A stretch of DNA of 61,334 nt. Origin: Nemertoderma westbladi (Eukaryota > Animalia > Xenacoelomorpha). Position numbers and translations under genes: made by a program. How positions within the stretch are numbered: position 1 is the stretch's first letter; every line of letters starts with the position of its first letter. Positions 13,001 through 25,000 of the stretch are shown one piece after another. The stretch is taken from assembly GCA_032718475.1 (NCBI GenBank), contig JAUCBJ010006171.1:1-61334 (forward strand), in the 5' to 3' direction. Under the pieces are notes generated by a model. It was not told where the DNA came from and made no database searches. It saw only the letters and a program-made list of their open reading frames with translations.

Positions 13001-16000
13001 ATCCAGAGATTTGGTATCCTCTGCCACAGTTAGAGCCCAGCAAGGACTCACATATAAGAGTAATGGTACCACTGCTGCCATAAATAATCGAACCTTAAGG
13101 TTCCGTTTCATTTTGTGGGACTTCCAAATCCTGGACAGACTATTTAACGTTGCCCATGCCTTCCCCTTACGTATCCGAAGCTCTTCACCTGACTTTCTGA
13201 TCCATGATCCAAGTAGCAGAAGTAATCAATGTGGTCAAGCAAGCCATCTTTTATGCCCTGACGATCAATCATTTCTTCAGGGCGCCCCACACTCCATGTT
13301 AATTTAATTGTGATTAATTTCAGTTCGGACACCCATGCCTAGAAGTGCTGGTAAAAGAAAAAAGATAATGAAACTGGAACAGGTTAAATTTTATTTTGGC
13401 AGGAGCAATCAGCTGTTATTTCCTTTACCCTGGAATGGAATGGCATTTTTATTGCGTTGAAACATATTATTATTTTCGGAATTGTTGAATATAATTGCCG
13501 CGATAAGACAAACGGCACACCCATATACCCAATGCAGTAATGAGTAATCCTTCCTTTTACTTGACCTAATCATTCCTTATTAACCAACCAATCAGCCACA
13601 CTAACTGCCTCTCTAGAGGTAGGAGAGAGTGACACTCTAAAAAATGCCATTCTTGTACTTGTTGTTGTTGTTCTTGTGGTTATTTATCTCTCGACAAGCT
13701 AAATCTACTAACACTATCAATGGATGGTTTAAAGGTCCAACACATCTTCTAATCATAATTTAATATTCGAGTAGCACTTCTGTAAACCTCTGTATGTAAA
13801 TGGGAATCAATTATTATACATTTAATAGCAAGCAGTGTTATGACATACCTCTCACAAGTAGGCCCATTAATTAATTTATTACTGTAAAGTCATCTATAGA
13901 TGCACTGCGGTTTGAACTCAAAGGTCAAACACATCTCTTCTAAATGATAAAAACACTAGCTGGCGCTCATGAAAAATGGATAGAGATGGCCTAGTAATGA
14001 TATTCATTAGATGAAGGGCTAACTAACAAGAAAGTAAATTCTGTGCTAAGTTTAATCACTCACTCTTTCAACCCACTGTAAGCACATTAACTGCGTTAGT
14101 TTGTAATCTATTCGCCTCAGCTGAATAGCTCGTCCCAATGCATCCTATGGGAAGATCTACAAGGTTACTTACTGTTACTCACTCTGCTGTTAGGTGGCGG
14201 GCCACCTGAATGATATTTAATTACAGTGTGCTGCAGTCCACTTTGGGTTATTAAAATCTGATAGATAACATATTAACTGTGATTTTGGTAAGCAAAGTTT
14301 TTCAATGGAAAGGCACCCAACTATGTACATACAGTACGTAGCAAAGGATCTACATTAGGTTACTATCTGTCTGTTTGGCATTATGTTATAGTGTACTGCT
14401 GTTGGCTAGGAAGGCAATATTCATAGATCAGTTATTACTGTATTACTCTTTCACTAACTGTGTGTTTGTAATATAAATTACTGTAGCCAGCTAATAGCTT
14501 CTCTGTCGAAATCCAATGCGAGATTCATAAAATGTAAAAATTGTGATAGGCTACACCATACGAAAGATAATGTAATGTGATTTGTTTATTTTCTTTTAAT
14601 TCAATGATTTAAATAGTTATTGGAAGAAAATCGTTACTTTTCAATTGTCACGTTGTTTTTTTTACTAATCCTGTGCCCCTGTCATTTTCATGATGCAATG
14701 ATTCCTGTTGTTTAAAATGGTAGTAATGTAGTTATTCCTTATTACAAACATATAATTAAATATTTTATTTAACCCATAGGCCATAACATAATTTATTGTA
14801 ATCAATAAACTGCACTGTACATCACAATTCTATAATGCATTATACATGTCAAACATTAAGTGTATCAAATATTCCAACACCTAAGGCATAACAACCCAGG
14901 GACACTCTTAAGCACATCAAAGCAAACTTACAAGGATATAAGTAAACGAGTTGAGTTTAAGTCACTACCAGTTTGTATAAATGTACATTAATTAATGCAG
15001 TAATGAATGGAATAAATTCCCCTTGTTAATTTTATTCGTATTTATGTAATCAATAGTAGGCCTAATTGAATTTATTAGCTCGAGTATCTTAAACCCCATT
15101 GAGTGCTGTCAAACCATCAGACTCTTTCCAATGTGGGGGCCATGATTTCTTTACAGACTCACGTTCCGAAACCTTAGTGTAATAGGCCTTAAGTTTCGGG
15201 TAACTGTCGAGAACCAATCCGTACCTAACAAAATAGGCAAGTTGAGGGAACATCATGACATCCGCCATTGAGAAGTTATCACCAACGAGATACTCTGACT
15301 TAAGATAATCTTCCCAAACTCCCAACTCCTTGGATAAATCCTGCTTCCTTTGCTTTAACTCATCATCGCTAATTCCCTGTTGTTTGTAAACGACGGCGCG
15401 ACCTTTCATAGCAAGTGAAAGAACTTCAAGAGTTCTTTGGAGCGCAGTTGCCAACTCCTTGTGATCCTCGGGTAATAGTTTGGTTCCTTGATTCTTAAAA
15501 ACGTTCTCGAGGTAAAAACAAATGGCCACCGATTCGTTGACTATGGTGTCCCCATGCCGGAATGTCGGGACTTGTCCCCTGGGGTTCAGGGCAAGTACCT
15601 CCGGCGACTTGTGGCCTCTCTTGGAGAATTCAATGAGGTTGGATTCAAACCCGCCCAACTGTTTCTCGAACAGAGATATCATTGCTCTCCAACATGGTGG
15701 ACTCCCTGAACCCCAGTACAATACTATGTTAGTACCATCGGAAGCCATGCTCGATGCAAACAATGAAACAATAACAAGAAAACAAAGAAAGAAAGAAGGA
15801 AAGAAGCCCAATTTCTAACAACAGTCGTATCAAACTCAACACACAGGTCGAATAAGCCGGTACAGCCTAGTCTATTACCAGTTACTGTATTTACAGTAAT
15901 ACAGTGAGACAGTACTGCAGTATTCTGGTATTAGGGTTAGGTTATGTAAGTACCGGTATGGACTGATTGAAGTGTGTACTGTTAAGTGATTTCTCTCTCA

Positions 16001-19000
16001 TATATCTGTATATGGAAATAAATAATGTAGAATGAAGATACTGGTACCATGCGACTACTCAAATTAATTATGTAGGCCTACTGTATTATTAGGCGCACTT
16101 AATGTAATATAAATAATGATTAATAAATTGTAAAGTACAGTAGGGGGTTGGCGCAAAGGGTCTTCCCGGCCAGAAACGTATGTCGAGATCGCTTTTAGTT
16201 TTCAAGTTATCACTGTCTCTCCATGTCTGCCAGTGTGACAGTCAAAATGTAAGTTTGGACAGACAGCCAGAGTCAGACCAATAGTCCGACAGACTAGACA
16301 GCTAGATTGTACCGAACATAAAAATTGACATTGGGAATTAAATCACGCACTTCGACAACCACCATAATGAAAATTATAGCTCTGTGGCAGTGTGGTGTGC
16401 TTCCTTCATGCTAGACATTATTAACCAACCAGACCACAGACAGACAGTTAAGAGCGGGAAGATTTAAACTTTGAAGACAATTTTCTCGGAATGATATTTT
16501 TTCACTCAAAACAACACAACTCTTCTGCCAATTCTTAATCCGTTTTTTGTCATTTGCGCTCCATATGATAGGCTGATAGGTAATTTCTTAAGCTACGATA
16601 AATTTCGGGCAGTTTTTTTCAATTCCATATTTCCCCGTTCCCAAGTTTTTTGTTTACGTATCTTTCAAAAATTCAAAAACACCTCAACTGACAGACTTGC
16701 GGTGTTTTGTCATTGTGACATTTATTTTTGCATTGTATCGAATGTATTTACATACAGGTTGTACAATGCAAAAACACCGTAAGTATACAAATAATCCTGA
16801 AGTCAAAATATTAATGGAAAGTGAAAATTAATCACGTAGAAAAAATTGAAAATTTCCCACCCCAAATTACGTAGGGTTATAAAAAAATAATTTAATGACA
16901 TTTTAAACCAACAATCTGAAGGCAAAGATTAATTTGCGTTTTACTCGAAATGACTTTTGTGACTTGCGGTCTTTTCACATTGTACGGCACGGCAGTATTA
17001 GTGTCCGCCGTCTTTTCACATTGTACGGCACGGCAGTATTAGTGTCCGCCGTCTTTTCACATTGTACGGCACGGCAGTATTAGTGTCCACCGTCTTTTCA
17101 CATTGTACGGCACGGCAGTAGTAGTGTCCGCCATTATTAGGTTGTTCTAGAAAGTTTAAGTTTAATAATAAGTTTAATAAGTGTATAACATATGTTCTCA
17201 CTTATTTTTAGCGGTTGATATATTGTATATCACACTGTGTGATATACAGTTAGCTATATTCAAAAATTATTTGAAACTTGTATTTACTAATTAATTGCGT
17301 TTTTTTAATTACAAAAATGATATAGTACCTAGATTTTGCTATTTTTAATATTTTGTGTAGGCCCTACACAATGTTCGTTATTAAATATAAAAAAAGTTCT
17401 GGAACAATTTTCTAAAACATTTTTTATATAATACCGTTAGCGAACTTGTTCTTATATAAAAAAAAAGAAGCAATGCCAACATTCTTAGTTTGTATTTCAT
17501 TGAATGCAGGCGCGGCACACAGTTCGGAAGTAGTGGTGCCGGTTTCTCGAACCCAAGTCAGCAAACATAGCGGATGTATGAACTGTACTGTACCGCGACA
17601 GTGACAGGGGGCTGATCATGGTGGTCCCTGTGGGGTCATCCTGTTCCAAACAGATACGACATTGTCTTGAATCCGATGAATTGTGTTGGAAACTGGAATT
17701 CTGTTCTAATGCCGACGATGACATTCCGTTGACTGTATTGGAATTATTTGAACTCATTATGAAATTGTAAGCTGCTTGTGAATGTTATTATGTTTTGTTA
17801 ACTGATAGCTACTGTAGTTAACGTATTCTGGAATAGTTTTATTGTTTATCTTCTCTGTTCAATGTTGCGTTGACGACTTATAGTACTGTATACTGTTTCT
17901 TTATCGTACCTGCAGAATGGAATAACGAACGGCAAAGCATTCTAGGAAATTATGGATCAATTTTACTTTAACTCACAACCGGCTATAATATTTAACCCTA
18001 TTAGTACCGGGCTATAAAATGTTGTACAAATACCGGGGGGGGGGGGGGGGGGGGTCATATTGAACCCAACCCCCCCCCCCCCCCCCCTCTAAAATCTACA
18101 AATATTTACGAAAACGTCTGATTTTTTGTTTGTACGTAGGTATCAATTGTCTGGATCCGACCGAAAAAAAAAATTTCGAAAAAATGTACTGGGGTGGTCA
18201 TATTGCAGCACCAAAATTACAAGTAGTACACAATTTTCACCAAATTTGAAACAGCTAATTATTTTTCAATACAGGTTTTCTGGGGTGCAAAATACATTGG
18301 AAAATATTAAAAAATTATATGATTACTATAAATGGCTGTTTAGTACTCTCTGCGTAGGAAAAAAATGAAAAAAACAAGTAACCAGCACTTTTCAGTTAGA
18401 ACACAAAATTTTTAATTCACTTATACGATGCTATAAATTCACATTTTCAGGTTTTCGAGGGCGCTGATTCTAATGGAATACATTTCTAATATGCCAGATC
18501 ATTGTTACTTGTATTTTTCGGCGTAATTTGGCAAATTTTGGTGCTAGCACCAAATTTCGTACCCATCACCAAAAAGTACAAGTTTGCGATGTCCAGTGCT
18601 GTTTTTATTGATTCCATCGGATTCAGGACCCTCATAAACCCGTATAACGCAAGAAACAAGGTGATACTATCTACTTATCAATTTGCATATTTTCCAAAAT
18701 TTGGTGCTGGCACAACAATTTTCACCCACCGGCGAAAAATACAAGTTTGAGAAATCTTATGAAATTTTTACTGATTCAATTGAATTCAGAACCATCACAA
18801 ACCCGTATAACGCAAGAAACAAGGTGACACAATCAATTGATATATTTGATGGTTTTCAAAATTTGGTGCTAGCACCACATTTTGCACCCACATCCGAAAA
18901 ATACAAGTTTGAGATGTCTAGTTCGATAATTATATTTTCCATTGAATTCAGAACAGCCATACACCTCTAAAACGCAAGAAATAAGTTGTCACAAGCAATT

Positions 19001-22000
19001 TTATCTATTGAATGGATTTTCAAAATTTCGTGCTAGCACCAAAATTTGCACACAGCACCGAAAAATACAAGTTTGATACGCTTGGTGCAACTCGTATATA
19101 TTTCATCGAATCCAGAAACCCAAAAAACCCCAATTGCGTAAAAAACAAGTTTCAAACGATCAATTTACAAAATTGACTTATTTCAAAATTTGGTGCTGGC
19201 ACCAAAATTTGGCACCCACCGAAAAAACAAGTTTGAAATTTCTAAATCAATTTATATGAATTCCATCAAATTTCTAACACCAAAAAACCGGTGTAAATAA
19301 TAAATAGAGATGTTACAATTCATATTTAATGAAATGTAATTTTCAAAAAACGTCTCAAAAAAAGTGCCAAAAGTAGGGTTAAAAAATGGTGCTATAGTAT
19401 AACTCGAAAAGTACCCAATATTTTTTAAAACGGTTTTCACTACTAGGAAGACAATAGATTTTTAGGAAAAGTCATAAAATTTCAGATTACCAACTGCGTT
19501 TGTTTCAGAATTATAATAAGAAAACCACGTGGGGGGGGGGGGGGTCATATTGACCCCCCCCCCCCCGGGTTTAATAGGGTTAAGACTAGTTTTATAATAG
19601 CTAGTATTTGGTTCTAGAATAAAGTTATGTTCGGTCTACCACAGTAGCGTAATAAAGGGTACAATTTAAAGATAGTTAGTAATTAATAATAATCCCCAAA
19701 TATATCCCAAATCCTCAAATATACCCCAAAGGCACTACTATGTCTTGTACACACCCCCTGTTTTTTTTTTATAAATACTAGGTATATGTGTTATTTTTAT
19801 TATCAAATATTGTTTTATGACCAGCTTTAGATTTATTTAAAAAATATTTTTTGTTCTAGAACAAATATTTTATTTTATTAGTTATAGCTATTATTTATAC
19901 TTATTTGTACTTTTGTCTTATTAGTTTAATCAAGTCGAGGAATGGTGATTTTGTAGTAATCGCCATCTGTATTCTGCCAAGTGGTGTGCCAGCATCTTTG
20001 TACCTCTTCGTTTGCGTATAATTAATTGCTTTGCCTGTTTCCAGATACTCTCGATCCTTTGGGTGTTTGCTCCTGTTTTCTTATCGTAAAACCTCCCTGC
20101 TCCCCTCTTGCTATGGTTAATCGTTTTGTGTTTGTCTTTTTTTATTAATTTCACTCATAACTAAAACTAAATATGATGTAGCTACAACAGTATAACTATT
20201 TCTATAACATTTTTAAATATTAAGAAAATGTATCCCTCCATAAATATTCTCGAAATATATAATTACTATAGAAACTGGAAAAATAAAAATAAATTCTAGA
20301 AAAAAAATTGTTCTAGAACAATAATATTTTTTTTTATCAAAATAAATTTTGTTCTAGAACATAATAAATGTGTTCTAGAACAATAAATATGTTCTATAAC
20401 AAAACTGGGGGGGGGGGGGGTGGTGTGTACAAGACATAGTAGTGCCTACCCCAAAATCGGGAAAAAAAGAGTACTTCTTTCCCTACGAAAAACAGTAACC
20501 CATACAGGATTGCATTGAATATTTTTGGTAATTAAACAGTATTTACACTACTACCAACCTGTCTTGAGTTTAAAGTGCTCATAAATAATATATAGGCACT
20601 TTTGCCATTCCCTGTAACTATGGAAACGGGCAACAATGGTAAAAATGCATATAAATAAGTTTCCCGAAGGCTTTTTTGGGGAAAATTGATGTGACATTCT
20701 TCAGGGTCCATATTAATGTTTCACTAAAAAAATTGCTTGATCAAATTTTTTCCGGGTCTGGATATATTTTTACCAGACTAAAGAGTACAATAATTATAGA
20801 AGCAATATAACTATGGAAGCAATATACTACAGGTAAAATTATTTTGTAACACTATTTCGTTCTATCTTTTATTAAAGAATTAAGCAACAAAAAAGTTATA
20901 ATTTAAAAGAACAAAATTAAGTATTACATCGGGGAAAAAACATAGGCATTTTTTTCAATATTCTGTTGACCCTTTATTAATCTTGCCGGCGCTAGGTGAA
21001 TAAAATGTCTCGAGAATAGTGAAAGTTATACTTTTTTCCCATGTAATACATAATCATTTCATTCAAATTCAATATAGTAATGTCAAAAGAACGTAAAAGA
21101 AAAACGCCAAAAGAAAAAGTTAACAAAGTGACGTAAAGAGTTTAACTAGACGATCAGTTATCGATGTGTCAGAAAGACATAGACGGCGGTTATAACCGCA
21201 TGGGTGCGTGCATCCTCAGCACTTTTACAGAGATGATTGTGAGTCTAGTACTAAATGGTTTGAGGAATAGCAACAGCTACTTCTAGAATTTATTATATAG
21301 TAAATAATAGATTATATTACTGTATTAGTAAAGTGCGGTTCACCACAACATACATATTGGACCCGGCGCTCCGTAATTATGTAGCTACTAACATAACCAG
21401 AATAATTAAATAAATAAATACATAGAAGAATCAAACAAACCATTATGGATGTGATTATACCATTGGAAATAAAGTTTTTTGATAAAGTTTGAAGTGCAAC
21501 CCATAACGATGTATCCTCTAGCACATCACCTCGGCCTGTTTCGGACATTAGCGAACACGAAATTATCTCCCAAGCCCACCTTACTCCAACAGAAATCATT
21601 AAATCCTTGCCACCAACAACACATTAAAATTCCCGGATACTCATCGATCCTAAATGCCGACTTAAGAAGAAACTTTGGAGGGCGAACATTTTGGGAAGAC
21701 GATTCAAGCAAACATGCGTTGGCAACAAGAGGTCAAATAGTAGACAATGAAAAGACAGGAGCAGAGACTCTGAGTACACTACAAATGGTTTACCTAGGAT
21801 ACACAAGTGCGTCACTAATTACTTACATTTCAGGATGTTTCATTCTATTACATGCCGACGTTGCATCCAAGATCATACTAACAACCCAGTCATTGGATTT
21901 GGCACTTTCCATAGTAACCTGGTCACCTCTTTTACAAGCGTATGGATCGGTACAATATGAAATTGGTATATGGAGAGTTTGGAAACATGGTGGGATATCT

Positions 22001-25000
22001 TCCGCAGCCTTAGTGTTTAACCTAATATTCTGTGCAATTATATTTATGTTTGCCTGTATTCAGTACGGAGGTGCAATTAAAATAATTTTCGACGCGCTAA
22101 TCAGACACAATAAACGAAAACCTTAAGAAATTAAAAATACCGTGTTGCTTGAAACTAAGATCAGTTGCGTAAACACTAAACATAGTATCGAAATGGCGGT
22201 AAATTTGAATGCTATCACATTCACATATTGCAAGTTCACAAGCATAGTACTACTATACACGTTCGTGGGGACTTCGCGCAGCACGTAGTCGGCAAGCCTT
22301 GGCATACGGTTCAAATAGAGCAAATGGGGCATGTCTAGTTTGGACCCCATATCCCATGCTATAAATGTATTAATTCGATATACAATCATATGTTAATCCG
22401 CTAGGTGGTGTCAAATTGTTATTCTGCAATTTCGTACTTACCAGTGCAGCACTGTACAGCAGTACCGTACCGGTAGGCCTATGTCATTACTTCTGAGTCT
22501 CTAGCGGATCCCCAATTAAATGTCTTAACTTTTCAATTTCGTAAAAGATAGACTTCATGATTCTCTACAGGCCACCAAAATTTCAGCTCAGGAAAATGAG
22601 GCCTTCCCGAGAAATTTAACATTTTCTAAAAACCACATAATCTGTCGTAGCTGACGTCAGACTGCATGAATTTTCACCAAACTTTACAAACTTTCTAAAC
22701 TTTCTCTCTACTACTTACCTACTAAGTTTGGTTCAATTCCGAACGAGCGATGCCGAGAAATTCGCGTTCAAACATTTACCAGACGGACGGACAGACAGAC
22801 GGACTGACGGACAGACAGACGGACATGCCCCATTTGCCCTATATGAACCGTATGCAAAGGCTCGCCGACTACGTGTCTCGCCCCACAGTCAGACAGTAGG
22901 CAGTAGCTGAAAACCGGAGTAGGCCTAGTAGAGTTAAGTCCATGGCCATGGCCTACTTTATATAGTAGGCCATGCTATGCAGCCATGCCATGGCCCTTGG
23001 CTCGTTCGCTGGTACCATACCGATCTGCCAATATGCATTAAGCAATACCAATACAGCAATAGCTGAATTGCCAATATCTGTCAGCGTCAGCCTGTAGCAG
23101 CCGCCGTAGGCCTAACAACATGATTTCAAATTCTAATTTCAATCTTTAAAGAGCTGAAGAGTGCGGCGATTCCTCAGTCAACAGGTCAACCATGGCAATC
23201 TTCAACTGCAATAATGTGATACATCCTTTACGTTTTCACTTGTTGCACTTATCACTTGGTGGTGGTTGTTATATCACGTAAGCGACAGGCGTTGCGTATC
23301 CTATTGCTGTATTGTGTTTAGTGTAGCCTATTTATAATGCGCTTACAGAACAGACATAAATTTATTAACAAATTTTTTCAATATGGATTATACTGAAAGT
23401 GAAAATATGCCCTCAGCCAAAAACTCTAAGGTTAAGGATGTTACAGTAATTGAGATGACGATGGTTGACAATGTAAGCCTACCCAATGTAAGCCTACCCA
23501 GTGAAGGTTTGCGAGAACCGCTCCTAATCCGTGGATTAAACATCGGAGAATGCGTAACTAAATGGACCCCGGAATATATGAAAAGTCGAGTACCTCCGGA
23601 AGGTGTTAATGTCCCCGTACATGTATGCAAACACAATCATATGGACTTCCTAAATAAAAACTTTGTCTACAAGACGTTATCTTTTAAAGAACTCATTGAA
23701 AGAACCGCAAGAACATCGAAATTACAGGAATTTTTCGTAGATCCAGAAGAAAAGTACTACTTGCGATCAGTTTCAGACGACGCGAGGAAGATACCTGCTA
23801 ATTTCGGTTCCGAGTTTCCCTGGTTATCCCAAGACTTCATCGCCCCTGACAACGTTCCATCAGACAAACTATTCTCCACAGTACTGAGAATATCGTCCCC
23901 GGGCCTCAATCTATGGACCCACTATGACGTCATGGACAACGCGTTGGTGCAGATCTGCGGCACCAAACGCGCGGTGCTGTGGCCCCCTTCCGACGTGGAC
24001 TCAATGTACCTCGTGGGCGATAAATCTCGGATATTAAACATCGATGACGTTGACTTATCGATGTTCCCTCTATTCCGGGAAGCGACCCGATACAACGTGA
24101 CCCTGCATCCAGGCGATCTCCTATTCATCCCCGCTCTTTGGTTCCACAACGTAACCGCTCGCGATTGGAGCGTCGCCATCAACCTATTCTGGAGACACCT
24201 GGAGGCCCGTTGTTATGACGCCAAGGACGTATACGGTAACAAAGACCCGTTGTCAGCGCGACGGGCTATGGATGCTGGGGAGCGAGCGACTTCCGCCTTA
24301 CACAAATTACCCAAAGAATACCAGGACTTCTACGCAAAACGAATAATAGCTCAATTATCTAAATTATGTGTGGGAAATGGCTGAATATCTATTATTTTAT
24401 AGAATTTAAAATCATAAATCTATAAAATAAAGTTAGTTGTATGTTTATTTTATAGCGGTGTTTACTATAGTCTACACTAGTATATATTTTATATTGGCAT
24501 TTTATATTGGCAAAATAAACCCCAAATAAGAGATGGGCCTATCATTAAATTAATTCCAGCTTTAATTTACTGTAACTACTAACAACGCGAAATTAATTAT
24601 GTTTTGTTATGAGGACTTGTGGACGTACATTATATTACAGATGTGAACGATTACAAAGATGATACTAATATCACAACCCAAGATTATGGGAGCTTTGAAA
24701 TCAATACCTGGACCACAACCCCATCATGCAGCTGCTTTTAGAAAAATTATCCCTCATTTAGTTACCCCAACCGTATATAAACGGGGTGATCTCCTCTGTC
24801 GAGGAATTAAATCAACGGGAATCCATCGGACCCGACCACCAGCACACGATCCAGCCACCACGGGCAGCCCTCACCCCGATCCAGCCACGGGATTTCCCAT
24901 CAACCCAGTGGATGGGGAGTCATTGAGACTCAATATACACAGAAGCTATTTGTCTTGGATGTCCGTATCGTTACTTAGTATGTCTAGCGGCTGCGTACTT

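Noticed and set aside
15749-15811. Signal-peptide extension on the GST
   Set aside because: It begins at a TTG in a pyrimidine-rich leader; the first ATG (15748) gives a normal cytosolic GST N-terminus.
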